NCBI GenBank assembly: GCA_963621965.1
Contig: CAVFGN010000003.1
Location: forward strand, 8,107 to 72,106
Reading direction: 5' to 3'
Source: Alistipes finegoldii
Lineage (GTDB): Bacteria > Bacillota_I > Bacilli_A > Acholeplasmatales > Anaeroplasmataceae
DNA: 64,000 bases
Position numbers and translations under genes: made by a program. Each line of letters opens with the position of its first letter. Position 1 is the first letter of the stretch. The notes under the pieces are model-generated. The model searched no databases. It worked only from the letters and a program-made list of their open reading frames with translations, and was not told where the DNA came from. Of the stretch, positions 27,843 to 38,112 are shown piece after piece.

Positions 27843-28166
27843 TTACACCTCAATTATATTTTTAATTTTGTTTTTAATTTCACTAATATCATCACTATTA
27901 ACACAATTTTCAAGAGTTAAATATATACTATCTAAATGAAGTTTAGATTCATAATCTTCAAGTAAGTTCTCACATTTTTTTATTGCATCAAAGCAAGCAT
28001 TTCTACTTACATTATAGTTTTCTGCAATTTCTGATAGAGAACAATCATATAGATAATATTCTTCAAAATATGAGCATTGCTTTTCAGTTAATAGATTTTT
28101 GTATACATTATATAAACGAATAAGTCGTTCTCTTACATTAATTTCCATTATCAAAGAAATCCGCAA
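27843..28166 (-). CDS. ylxM: YlxM-like small helix-turn-helix protein of the ftsY-ffh operon
   Basis: LLTEKQCSYFEEYYLYDCSLSEIAENYNVSRNA. The true start may be the ATG at 28148 (MEINV). Confidence 0.7.
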   Translation of the reverse strand: MRISLIMEINVRERLIRLYNVYKNLLTEKQCSYFEEYYLYDCSLSEIAENYNVSRNACFDAIKKCENLLEDYESKLHLDSIYLTLENCVNSDDISEIKNKIKNIIEV

Positions 28167-29112
28167 ATAATCCGTATAAATATTGTTCGATATCGAACAC
28201 TTCTAAATCGTCAAGTTTTTCACCAAGTCCGATAAATTTAATAGGAATACCCATTTTATCTCTAATAGCTAAAACAATTCCACCTTTAGCTGTGCCATCA
28301 AGTTTTGTTAAAATGATACCACTAACTTTAGTGATTTCAGCGAAAGCTTCAGCTTGGTTCATTCCGTTTTGTCCTGTAGTCGCATCAATAGTTAAAAGAG
28401 TTTCACAAGGATTTCCGGGCGCAACCTCGTTTATTACACGGTTAACTTTTTCAAGTTCAGCCATTAAATTAGCTTTATTTTGAAGACGTCCGGCTGTATC
28501 ACATAAAACTAGATTATAATTTTCACTTTGTGCTTTTTTTATAGCTTCATACATTACACTTGATGGGTCACTTCCGGCAGGTTTTGCGACAATATCAACA
28601 CCAACTCTTCTAGACCATTCGCTTAATTGTTCGATTGCGCCAGCTCTAAATGTATCTCCGGCCGCAAGCAACACTTTATAGCCTTTATCTTTATACATTT
28701 TTGCAATTTTTGCAATTGAAGTAGTTTTACCAACACCGTTAACTCCAACAAATAAAATAACATTTAATTTATCAGGACTAACATTTAGGTTGGCATTTAC
28801 TACTTCGCCTTTTAAATATATATCAAACATTTTATCCATGATTAAACTTGATAATTCACTTGGATCAGTGATGTTTTTCTTGTCGCATTCTTCTCTTAAT
28901 TCTTCGATAAAATTAACAACAGTCTCAACACCAATATCAGCTTGAATAAAAATTTCTTCTAGACTATCAAAAAGATCATCATCAATTTTATCTTTACCAT
29001 TTAAAACTTCCTTAAGTGTACCAAGTGCACCTTCACGAGTCTTAAATAAGCCTAATTTATATTTTTCAGATTTAGACTTTTCTTTCTTTTTAAATATAGA
29101 AAAAAATCCCAT
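28138..29112 (-). CDS. ftsY: SRP receptor FtsY
   Basis: GVNGVGKTT, DTAGR, TKLDGTAKGG. Confidence 0.9.
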   Translation of the reverse strand: MGFFSIFKKKEKSKSEKYKLGLFKTREGALGTLKEVLNGKDKIDDDLFDSLEEIFIQADIGVETVVNFIEELREECDKKNITDPSELSSLIMDKMFDIYLKGEVVNANLNVSPDKLNVILFVGVNGVGKTTSIAKIAKMYKDKGYKVLLAAGDTFRAGAIEQLSEWSRRVGVDIVAKPAGSDPSSVMYEAIKKAQSENYNLVLCDTAGRLQNKANLMAELEKVNRVINEVAPGNPCETLLTIDATTGQNGMNQAEAFAEITKVSGIILTKLDGTAKGGIVLAIRDKMGIPIKFIGLGEKLDDLEVFDIEQYLYGLFADFFDNGN

Positions 29113-29136
29113 AAATTACCTCACAAAATATATTTT

Positions 29137-29165
29137 ATTTTATCATATAATGTTTTTACATGCAA
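29137..29165 (-). promoter_or_regulatory. Promoter TTGCAT-17 nt-TAAAAT upstream of ftsY
   Basis: Read on the minus strand; spacer counted as 17 nt. A direct repeat TTGGACTA x2 lies just upstream (29173-29200). Confidence 0.5.
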
Positions 29166-29206
29166 TTTTTAAATAGTCCAAGAGATTAAATTTTAGTCCA
29201 AATTTT

Positions 29207-29231
29207 TAAAAAAAAGACGCAATAAGCGTCT
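29207..29231 (-). terminator. Intrinsic terminator after the AEC transporter gene
   Basis: AGACGC-UUAUU-GCGUCU followed by U8 on the minus strand. Confidence 0.75.
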
Positions 29232-29234
29232 AAA

Positions 29235-30170
29235 TTATAATATTGAAGATATGAGCAAGGTAAAGAGTGGAAGCGTAACAATTGAAAGTATTGTAGTTAC
29301 AACGACAGTCGTGCTAGCTAAATCCTCGTTGTAATTAAATTTAATTGCAAATACACTTGTAATTGCGGCACAAGGACAACAAGCAAGTATAAACACTATT
29401 TGAATTACCTCTTTATCTATTCCTAGGAATGATAATAAATATAATACTAGTAATGTAATTAGTGGAATAATTATAAGGCGTAAAGAAACAGATAGCCATA
29501 AAAATTTATTCTTCAAAACAGTAAATACATTACTTGAAGCAATTATCATACCGGTAATAATCATTGATATTGGTGTGTTCATAGATCCAATTGTACTAAG
29601 TGGTGTTTTAATTATCTCAGGAATTGGGATTTGGAAAAAGAATATAATTAGTCCAATAATAAGTGAATAAATTACAGGTGTCTTTAATATACTCTTTAAA
29701 GCAAGCTTTACATTAAAACTACGACTTACTACCATGTATCCGATAGTCCAAAGTAATATGTTAAACACGGAAACGAAACATGAAGCATAAATTAAGCCTG
29801 TTGAGCCAAACATTGCACTAATTAGTGGAAAACCCATGTAGGCAGCATTCGAAAACATCATTCCAAACTGCAATATTGGTTTATCATCTATTTTCCAGAT
29901 AATAGTAAATAAGAATACAAAAACTATTGCTATAAGTAGTGCAATAAATGATATTAAAAATGCCCAACCCATATTTGTTAGGATTGTACTATCGTATGTT
30001 GTAATATATGAATTTACAATCATAAAAGGTACAACTAAATATACTAGTAAGTTAGAAAAACTCTTCTTAGCTTCTATATCAATTAATTTAAGTTTTACCA
30101 TCATAAAACCTAACATAATCATAATAAACATTATTAAAACTTGAGTAAACGAAATACGTGCTAATTCCAT
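29235..30170 (-). CDS. AEC (auxin efflux carrier) family permease
   Basis: About 10 TM segments with an AEC-like N-terminal half (ILGFMMVKLKLID, NSYI). Family call from overall pattern only. Confidence 0.55.
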   Translation of the reverse strand: MELARISFTQVLIMFIMIMLGFMMVKLKLIDIEAKKSFSNLLVYLVVPFMIVNSYITTYDSTILTNMGWAFLISFIALLIAIVFVFLFTIIWKIDDKPILQFGMMFSNAAYMGFPLISAMFGSTGLIYASCFVSVFNILLWTIGYMVVSRSFNVKLALKSILKTPVIYSLIIGLIIFFFQIPIPEIIKTPLSTIGSMNTPISMIITGMIIASSNVFTVLKNKFLWLSVSLRLIIIPLITLLVLYLLSFLGIDKEVIQIVFILACCPCAAITSVFAIKFNYNEDLASTTVVVTTILSIVTLPLFTLLISSIL

Positions 30171-30784
30171 TAAAAATTATAACCTTCTAAAGATTTCTTT
30201 AAGTGTGTTTCCATTAAAATTGAGGCTTTTTCTAAATCATTTTTCAAAAGTGCCTCAATGATTTCTAAATGTTCTTTTATTGAACTTTTATATCTATCTA
30301 AATTTTGTTCGTTTGATAAATATCTTATACGAGCTGACTTATCCATCAATTTAGTCAATTCTTGAGTCATTAAAGTATTATTAAGTTCGCTTATTAAAAA
30401 TAAATGAAAATCTTTGTCTTTATCATCTAATTCTTCTTTATCGCCATCTAATTTAAAATCATTAGAAAGTAAATTCAGATAATATTCTTTCCAATTTTTT
30501 AAAGAATTGAAATCCATTTTTTTAAGTCGCTTAATATAATTTGATTCTAAAACAATTCTAAATTCATAGACTTCCCTAATATCTGTCATACTAATGTTTG
30601 ATATAAGGGTGCCTTTCCTAGGGATTATAGTTAAATACCCTTCTTCGCAAAGTCGAAGTACAGCTTCTCTTACAGGAGTTCTTGAACAATTAAGTGACTC
30701 TGTAATTTTTGATTCATCAAATATTGAACCAGGTTTTAAATTTCCTGTAATTATTTCTTTTTTAATATAATTATATGGTGTCAT
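30170..30784 (-). CDS. GntR-family (FadR/FCD type) transcriptional regulator
   Basis: SRTPVREAVLRLCEEGYLTIIPRKG wHTH and a helical C-terminal domain. Start set at MTPYNY, with AAGAGG upstream. Confidence 0.7.
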   Translation of the reverse strand: MTPYNYIKKEIITGNLKPGSIFDESKITESLNCSRTPVREAVLRLCEEGYLTIIPRKGTLISNISMTDIREVYEFRIVLESNYIKRLKKMDFNSLKNWKEYYLNLLSNDFKLDGDKEELDDKDKDFHLFLISELNNTLMTQELTKLMDKSARIRYLSNEQNLDRYKSSIKEHLEIIEALLKNDLEKASILMETHLKKSLEGYNF

Positions 30785-30856
30785 ATAGCCTCTTATATAT
30801 TTGTGATATATCACTAATATATTACAACTCTACCTTATTTTTGTAAATAATAAAAT

Positions 30857-30899
30857 AAAAAAATCCCTAAAATAAAGTTATTACTTTACTTTAAGGATT
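30857..30899 (-). terminator. Intrinsic terminator after topA
   Basis: 16-bp stem that is perfect (with two G-U pairs) only on the minus-strand RNA, followed by U7. Confidence 0.8.
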
Positions 30900-30902
30900 A
30901 AT

Positions 30903-33173
30903 TTAATTAAATGATTTAACTAGTTCAATAATATCTTCACCAAACTTTTCGATTTTCTTATCTTCATCATAGATAAATATCTTCATATCTTTTAAATCAT
31001 CAATTGTTTGTGGATGAAGTGTATTAATATTTTCCATCTCTTTATTTGTAAATACATTGTATGCTTTTACATGAAGTTCTTTAAACTTCTGGCTTCTATA
31101 TTCGTTTAACTTATCCATTAATGTTATCTCTTTTGCAACATCGCATTGTTTAGAACAATATGTTGATCCGTCTTCACGTTTGAGCATTAAAGCATTACAT
31201 TTAGGGCAATGTTCATTTGTAGGTATGTCGTTAAATGTGATTTTACATTTAGGGAAATTTGAACATGCATAGAACTTATTACCCTTATTTTTACCCCTAC
31301 TTGCAACACGTATAACAATATGTCCTGTTTGGCATTGAGGACAAATTATATTAGTATCAATAGGCTCTTCTTTAGTTTCGCTTGGCTTAATATACTTACA
31401 TGTAGGGTAATTTGAGCAACCTATAAACTCAGTTTTATATTTACTTACTCGAACACATAAAGGATTACCACACAAAGGACAAGTTTCATCAAGTAACTTA
31501 GGTCCTACTTTTTCCATCTTTTCACTTGCATTCAAATACAAAGGATTAAAGTCATTATAGAAATTAGTTAATTCATTTAACTCTGTTTCATTTCCCTTAG
31601 CTATTTCATCTAACTTTGTTTCCATGTTAGCAGTATATTTTACATTAATTATTTCACTAAAATAATCATTTAATACTTTACTTGTTAAGATTCCTTGTTC
31701 TGTAGGAACTAAAGATTTTGCATCAAGTGTTACGTATTCTCTTTCTTTAAGTGTTGTGATAGTTTGTGCATAAGTTGATGGTCTACCAATACCTAAGTCT
31801 TCCATATCTTTAATAAGAGTAGCTTCTGTATATCTAGATTTTGGTTTAGTAAATAATTCTTTTAACTCGATTTCTACGTTTTCGATAGTATCACCGATAT
31901 TAAAATTCTTATCAACTTTTTGTGTTTCTTTCTTTAAGAAAAGATCAGCAATTTCAAAGCCTTTAAAAATATTTTTTGTATATACTAAATGCCAAACTGT
32001 ATCATTATCACTCAATTTATAAGTTAATCTTAAATCTCGAGATGAACTCATAAGTGTTGTAATAGATCTTGAATAAATTAAGGAATATAATTTATATTCA
32101 TCAATTGTTAAATAAGTTTTAATAGATTCAGGAGTACGTGTAATATCTGTAACACGAATTGCTTCGTGTGCATCTTGTGCTAATTTTTGTGATTTTATAT
32201 GAACATTTCCTACATATTCTTTTCCGTAAGTTGATTCAATATATTTACTTGCATCACGTACAAACACATCAGATAGACGCGTTGAATCTGTACGCATATA
32301 AGTAATCAAACCTGTAGAATATGTACCTAAATTTTTACCTTCATATAATTTTTGTGCTATAGACATAGTTTTGCTAGCAGTGAAGTTTAATTTATTTGAG
32401 GCATCTTGTTGAAGTGTTGATGTAGTGTAAGCGGGCTTTGAAGCTTTTGTCACTTCTTTTGATTCTTTATCAAAAATAGTAAAATTATGTGATAAAGAAT
32501 TATAGATTTCTTCTGCTTTAACTTTATCAACAATTCTATCCTTATTATTTTTATATGAAATAAAGTTGAACTCTAAATCATCTTTTTTAGCATCAAACTC
32601 GTAGTAAGGAGTTGATACGAAATTTTTTATTTCTTCTTCAAGGTCAACAATTAGTTTAAGTGCAACACTTTGTACACGACCAGCAGACTTGCTTTTAACT
32701 CTTTGTTGCATTAACTTAGATAATCTAAAACCAATAATTCTATCAATGATTCTTCTAGTTTCTTGACTACTAACTAAGTTCATATCAATCTTACGGCAAT
32801 TATCAAATGCACTTAATACCGCATTCTTTGTAATTTCATGAAATTCAATACGACTATAATCATCATCGCCTAGGTTCAAAACTTCTTTTAAATGATAACT
32901 AATAGCTTCTCCCTCTCTATCGGGGTCGGTCGCAAGATATACTTTTTTTCCTTTACAAATTTTCTTTAAATCGCTAACTAATTTAGTTTTTCCTTTAATA
33001 ATAACATAAGTAGGTTTAAAATTATTCTCTATATCTATTCCTAGTCCTTCTTTTCCTTTAGTCGCAAGATCTCTGATGTGTCCTACGCTTGCGACTACTT
33101 CAAAGTCTTTTCCCACATAACTAGAAATGGTATGGCTTTTTGATGGAGATTCTACAATTATTACACTTTCCAT
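30903..33173 (-). CDS. topA: DNA topoisomerase I
   Basis: Toprim IIVESPSK..DPDREGEAI, catalytic region GLITYMRTDS, C-terminal CxxC zinc ribbons. Confidence 0.9.
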   Translation of the reverse strand: MESVIIVESPSKSHTISSYVGKDFEVVASVGHIRDLATKGKEGLGIDIENNFKPTYVIIKGKTKLVSDLKKICKGKKVYLATDPDREGEAISYHLKEVLNLGDDDYSRIEFHEITKNAVLSAFDNCRKIDMNLVSSQETRRIIDRIIGFRLSKLMQQRVKSKSAGRVQSVALKLIVDLEEEIKNFVSTPYYEFDAKKDDLEFNFISYKNNKDRIVDKVKAEEIYNSLSHNFTIFDKESKEVTKASKPAYTTSTLQQDASNKLNFTASKTMSIAQKLYEGKNLGTYSTGLITYMRTDSTRLSDVFVRDASKYIESTYGKEYVGNVHIKSQKLAQDAHEAIRVTDITRTPESIKTYLTIDEYKLYSLIYSRSITTLMSSSRDLRLTYKLSDNDTVWHLVYTKNIFKGFEIADLFLKKETQKVDKNFNIGDTIENVEIELKELFTKPKSRYTEATLIKDMEDLGIGRPSTYAQTITTLKEREYVTLDAKSLVPTEQGILTSKVLNDYFSEIINVKYTANMETKLDEIAKGNETELNELTNFYNDFNPLYLNASEKMEKVGPKLLDETCPLCGNPLCVRVSKYKTEFIGCSNYPTCKYIKPSETKEEPIDTNIICPQCQTGHIVIRVASRGKNKGNKFYACSNFPKCKITFNDIPTNEHCPKCNALMLKREDGSTYCSKQCDVAKEITLMDKLNEYRSQKFKELHVKAYNVFTNKEMENINTLHPQTIDDLKDMKIFIYDEDKKIEKFGEDIIELVKSFN

Positions 33174-33358
33174 AATATAACCTCAATTCATAATTAAAAT
33201 AATAGTCTAGTATAAATAAATTGTCAAATACTAAATTTTATGTTTTTTTAGTGCTTTTTTAAATAAATATATAATATATTTATAATTTTCATTTGTTTTT
33301 AAAAAAAACATCAAACTTTAGTTTAAAATAAAAGTTTAATGCTTAAATTATATCAAAT

Positions 33359-34018
33359 TTATTTTTCATCAAGAAATGAATCTAGTGTCATTTGTCTTTC
33401 AAAATATTTTTTAACAGGTGAAAATGTTTTTCTATGAATCTCACAAGGCCCGTACTTTGCAAGAGCTTCTAAATGAGCTTTAGTACAATAACCTTTATGT
33501 TTTTTAAATCCGTAATTAGGATATTTATGGTCCATTTTTTCCATGTAGTGGTCTCTTGTAACTTTTGCAAGTATGCTAGCAGCCGCGATTGAAGCACTTA
33601 AAGCATCACCGTGGATAATTGATGTATGTTCAAGTTCTAATTCAGTTAATGGCATCGCATCAATAAGTGCATGTTCAGCCTTAATTTTAAGACCATTAAT
33701 AGCTTCAATCATACCTTGTTTAGTAGCTTCGTAGATATTAATTTCATCTATTATTTTCTCATCTTTAAAAACGATGTTATAACAAACCGCATTTTCAACA
33801 ATGATTTTATACAATTCTTCGCGCTTTTTTTCGCTTAATTGTTTAGAATCATTTAAATCTTTAATATGTATGTTATTAGGCAGAATGCATGCAGCTACAA
33901 CCACCGGACCAGCTAAAGGACCACGTCCGGCTTCGTCAACTCCGCAAATATATTTATATCCTAAGTCTTCTAGCCTCTCCTCGTAAGCATATATGTTTTC
34001 ACATTTCACTTTTTTCAA
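33359..34018 (-). CDS. rnhB: Ribonuclease HII
   Basis: GVDEAGRGPLAGPVV, DSKQLS, ASILAKV. Confidence 0.9.
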   Translation of the reverse strand: MKKVKCENIYAYEERLEDLGYKYICGVDEAGRGPLAGPVVVAACILPNNIHIKDLNDSKQLSEKKREELYKIIVENAVCYNIVFKDEKIIDEINIYEATKQGMIEAINGLKIKAEHALIDAMPLTELELEHTSIIHGDALSASIAAASILAKVTRDHYMEKMDHKYPNYGFKKHKGYCTKAHLEALAKYGPCEIHRKTFSPVKKYFERQMTLDSFLDEK

Positions 34019-34856
34019 ATGTCATCATTCCAATCTTTGTACTTCTTATATCATTCAAAACATAAGTTACAGTTCTTTCAAAATCTATTTTAGCACCTTT
34101 TTGAATAAATCCACGTTTTTTAGCTATATCCTCCATCATTTGATATCCATCTTCATATATATCTAAATCTGTTAAAGAATAGCGGTTAATTAACATAGAT
34201 CTATAATTATTTTTCATATACATTAGAGCCCAATCGCAAACTTTGTATGTATCAATAATCTCATCTTTAATGCCTTGGCATAAAGATAATTTAATACCAA
34301 CTTCTTCACTTTCAAATTTAGGCCATAAAATACCAGGCGTGTCTAAAATTTGGAAATTTGGATTAACATTGAACCAATTTAAATGTTTTGTTACACCTGG
34401 CTTGTCTCCTGTAATAGTAACCTTTTTACCAGTTAGTTTATTAATAAATGTTGATTTACCTACGTTTGGTATACCTACAACAGCGGCTCTTATAGTTTTA
34501 TTTGTTAAACCCTTTTGAGCTAATTTTTCAAGTTTTTCTGCAAGAATCTTTTGTACATATGAATAAATTTTATCCATGTTGTAACCATTAATTGAGTCAA
34601 TATCTAATGCATAAGTATTTTCTTTTTCAAGACTTTTTAACCAAGCTCGAGTTTCACTTTTATCAGCTAATGAAGCCTTATTTAATAAAATTAAACGATG
34701 CTTATTACCAATAATTTCATCAATTTGAGGGTTTTTGCTGCTAAGTGGTATACGAGCATCTCTAAGTTCTAAAACAATATCTACTAAAGGTAAAACTTCT
34801 TTTAACTCACGACTGGCTTTAGCCATATGTCCTGGGTACCATTGAAATTGTGCCAT
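33999..34856 (-). CDS. rbgA: Ribosome biogenesis GTPase A (RbgA/YlqF)
   Basis: WYPGHMAKA, circularly permuted G motifs NKASLAD..GIPNVGKST..DTPGILWP. Confidence 0.85.
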   Translation of the reverse strand: MAQFQWYPGHMAKASRELKEVLPLVDIVLELRDARIPLSSKNPQIDEIIGNKHRLILLNKASLADKSETRAWLKSLEKENTYALDIDSINGYNMDKIYSYVQKILAEKLEKLAQKGLTNKTIRAAVVGIPNVGKSTFINKLTGKKVTITGDKPGVTKHLNWFNVNPNFQILDTPGILWPKFESEEVGIKLSLCQGIKDEIIDTYKVCDWALMYMKNNYRSMLINRYSLTDLDIYEDGYQMMEDIAKKRGFIQKGAKIDFERTVTYVLNDIRSTKIGMMTFEKSEM

Positions 34857-34866
34857 AATTTACCTC

Positions 34867-35781
34867 CTATTTTATATTCTTTTTAATTATTCCTATTTTT
34901 CCGTTTCTAGAGAAATATCTAAAAACTGCATGTCCTAATATATCTTTATTCAAAACTGATCCTATATATCTAGAATCATTTGAATAATTTCTATTGTCAC
35001 CTAAAACAACTGAGTAACCACTTGGTACATAGGCATCATACATGTTATAAGTGAATGGTACTAATGTATCATTAGTATATGTAGAACAAATGGTTAAATA
35101 TTCAGTATAGTTCATATTTGATTGAACCAATTCATCATTAACGTAAAATCCACCCTTAGTTGAATTTGTATCTTCTACTCTAAATTCTAAGTGGTCGCCT
35201 TCGACTGCTACTATACGTTTAATGTAGAATTGTTCCTCTTGTAATACTGGATAGTTTTCGCTTTTAATATCAACAATTACAATATCATCACGATTAGGTT
35301 TGTAATTTAAATGCCAAACAAGTAACATATCATTATCATACAAAGTATTATTCATAGAATTACCTGATACAGTAGTTGGTGTAATCAAAAATGATAATAT
35401 GAAAAATACTAAATATATAACAGCAACGAAAAAATTAATTACATCGTGTATAGAATATATGTAGTAGCCAACTAAAGGTGAAACTATATTAGTTTTAATA
35501 TGCATTAAAATGCCTATAAGCAAAGCTAAAAGGCTAAAGATCATGAAAATATAACCAACTGATAAAAATGAATTAATACTTATAATAGTTAATTTTGATA
35601 TTTTTTCTTTGTAAATAAAACATATAATGAAAAGTACAAAAACAAGAATAAAAGTGATAACAGATTTGCTTATTAAAATATTACCAAAAATTCTATTAAC
35701 ACTTTTATCTTTTTTTAAACTCTTCTCTTTTAATTCTAAATTTTTCTTCTTAGACATTAAGCACCTATTCATTACGTTCAA
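34867..35781 (-). CDS. lepB: Signal peptidase I with an extended multi-TM N-terminus
   Basis: SGNSMNNTL (catalytic Ser box), YIKRIVAVEGD, GDNRNYSNDSR. Confidence 0.8.
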   Translation of the reverse strand: MNVMNRCLMSKKKNLELKEKSLKKDKSVNRIFGNILISKSVITFILVFVLFIICFIYKEKISKLTIISINSFLSVGYIFMIFSLLALLIGILMHIKTNIVSPLVGYYIYSIHDVINFFVAVIYLVFFILSFLITPTTVSGNSMNNTLYDNDMLLVWHLNYKPNRDDIVIVDIKSENYPVLQEEQFYIKRIVAVEGDHLEFRVEDTNSTKGGFYVNDELVQSNMNYTEYLTICSTYTNDTLVPFTYNMYDAYVPSGYSVVLGDNRNYSNDSRYIGSVLNKDILGHAVFRYFSRNGKIGIIKKNIK

Positions 35782-38107
35782 ATAAATCGTTAATTTGACT
35801 AATATTCATTAAAATATCACGTTTTGTACCTTTACGTTCAGATACAACACCTAAGGATTGTAATTTTGTAATGATATTTTGAGCTCTATTAAATCCGATA
35901 TTGAAAGCTTTTTGAATGACATTTACAGAACACATTTGGTTTTCACAACACCATATACTGACATTATAAAGCATAGATGTTGATTCTTCTTCGATGTTTG
36001 CACCTGGACCGACCCCATTTTGTTCGCTAATGTCTTTTAAGTCATCATGATTGAATAAATAATGTGGTTCAGCTTGATCATGAATGAAGTTTACAACTGC
36101 ATCTATTTCTTCATCGCGAATAAATGCACCTTGAACACGACTAGCCATATCAACTTCTTTAATTAACATATCACCGCGACCAAGTAAAGATTCAGCTCCT
36201 GATTCATCTAATATTGTAATTGAATCGACTGAACTATTAACTCTAAATGCAATACGTGTTTGAATATTTGCTTTAATTGTACCTTTAATTACATCTACTG
36301 TAGGACGTTGTGTAGCACATAATAAGTGAATACCTGCAGCACGAGCTTTAGCTGTTAGCCTTTTAATTGAATCTTCGGCTTCTTGACCACATTGTAACAT
36401 CAAATCAGCCATTTCATCGATTACAATGACAATATATGGAATTCGTTGCATTGTAGGATCTTCTTTAGCTTTCTCATTATATGAAACAATTTCACGGGCT
36501 TTAACTGTTGTAAATAAATTATAACGACGTTCCATTTCATTAACAGCCCAGTCAAGAGCTTTACTTGACATTTTAGGATCACTAATTACTGGAGTAATTA
36601 AGTGAGGAATATCATTATAAACAGATAATTCAACAACTTTAGGGTCAATCATTAGAAATTTAACTTCGTCAGGTTTAGCCTTAAGTAAGATAGAAACAAT
36701 AATTGTGTTAATACTTACAGATTTACCACTACCAGTAGAACCAGCAATTAAACCATGTGGCCATTTAGCGATATTTGTAGTAATGACATTACCATCAATA
36801 TCTTTACCAAGTGCTACATTTAACACCTTGCCATCATTAATATATTCTTCACTTAAGATATCACCGAATGCTACCGCTTTTCTAACTCTATTAGGTACTT
36901 CAATACCTACTGTTTTCTTACCAGGAATAGGCGCTTGTATACGCAAACTTGTAACACCTAGGTTCATTTGTAATGTATCTTGAATAGATAAGATTTTCTT
37001 TACATTTGTACCTATTTCAAGACTTATTTCATAACGAGTAAATGTAGGACCTTCAACATAATGTTCAACCATACCATTAATATCAAATGATGCAAGGGTT
37101 TGATTAATGATTTCTTTTGATTCTTCAAGTCCTTCAATATCACTTTCATTCGCATTATCTGAACAAGAAATTAATGAAAGTGGAGGTAATTTATAATCTT
37201 GATATGGATTTAAGACAATTGGTAATACTAATTCCTGAGGCTCTTCATATGATATATCTTCTTCATTTTCTTCATCTAACTCTACATTTAATTCTTTATT
37301 ATTAAAATTGTAAAGATCGTTATTAGATTTATTTAAATCAACATTATTTGAAAAGCCATTTTTATTATCTATCTGTTCAAATTGTTCTTCGTGATTATAT
37401 ATTTCATTTGTGTGATTTTCGTTAGAGACATTAATTAAATTGTTATAATCGTTTGAATTTTGTTCTGTTTGATTATAATTATCAGTCTTTTGTTTTCTAA
37501 CAATTATAGTACTGTTTTTATGTACTTCGCCATTTCTTGAAACCATAGGACGTAGAGGAATTTCAATTTTAGTTTCTTCATGTACTTCGGGAGTGAAATC
37601 ATCAAAACTAAAGCCAGTATTTATATCTTCATTGATACCTTCGTTTTCTTCAGGAACATCAGAAACATTGACATCTTCGTTAATCGAATCTTTCTTTGTA
37701 TCTTCAATAAATGAGAAAGATGGATTTTTAGGTTCTGGTTTCTTTTCTGTTAAATCTTTCTTTTGAATTTTAATGTCTTCCCCATAAATTTCTCTAATAC
37801 TTTCTTCGTCAACCTCATCAAATCCAGGATATTTAGTACCAAATCTTTTTATATTATATTCATCAGTAATCTTTTTTTCATTATCATTTCTAAACGAATC
37901 ATATTTGACGTCATAATCGCCTAATTCTTCACTATTGTCATCATAAGTTGGTTTATCAGCTAAGCCAGTACCCATGATAGGGGATGCAAAGACAGAAGGC
38001 TTGAACTTATCTTTCGATCTCTTTAAGCCCTCGTAAGGACTAACTATTTGAGGAATAACAAATATTTCTTCTTCTTTTTCAAATTGTTTTTTCTTCTTTT
38101 TAAACAT
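35765..38107 (-). CDS. ftsK: FtsK/SpoIIIE-family DNA translocase without N-terminal membrane segments (SftA-like)
   Basis: Walker A GSTGSGKS, IVIDEMADLM, RAAGIHL..ATQRP. C-terminal gamma/wHTH (QKAFNIGFNRAQNIITKLQSLGVV). The N-terminal 330 aa are hydrophilic and N/E/D-rich, with no TM helix. Confidence 0.85.
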   Translation of the reverse strand: MFKKKKKQFEKEEEIFVIPQIVSPYEGLKRSKDKFKPSVFASPIMGTGLADKPTYDDNSEELGDYDVKYDSFRNDNEKKITDEYNIKRFGTKYPGFDEVDEESIREIYGEDIKIQKKDLTEKKPEPKNPSFSFIEDTKKDSINEDVNVSDVPEENEGINEDINTGFSFDDFTPEVHEETKIEIPLRPMVSRNGEVHKNSTIIVRKQKTDNYNQTEQNSNDYNNLINVSNENHTNEIYNHEEQFEQIDNKNGFSNNVDLNKSNNDLYNFNNKELNVELDEENEEDISYEEPQELVLPIVLNPYQDYKLPPLSLISCSDNANESDIEGLEESKEIINQTLASFDINGMVEHYVEGPTFTRYEISLEIGTNVKKILSIQDTLQMNLGVTSLRIQAPIPGKKTVGIEVPNRVRKAVAFGDILSEEYINDGKVLNVALGKDIDGNVITTNIAKWPHGLIAGSTGSGKSVSINTIIVSILLKAKPDEVKFLMIDPKVVELSVYNDIPHLITPVISDPKMSSKALDWAVNEMERRYNLFTTVKAREIVSYNEKAKEDPTMQRIPYIVIVIDEMADLMLQCGQEAEDSIKRLTAKARAAGIHLLCATQRPTVDVIKGTIKANIQTRIAFRVNSSVDSITILDESGAESLLGRGDMLIKEVDMASRVQGAFIRDEEIDAVVNFIHDQAEPHYLFNHDDLKDISEQNGVGPGANIEEESTSMLYNVSIWCCENQMCSVNVIQKAFNIGFNRAQNIITKLQSLGVVSERKGTKRDILMNISQINDLFERNE

Positions 38108-38112
38108 AATTA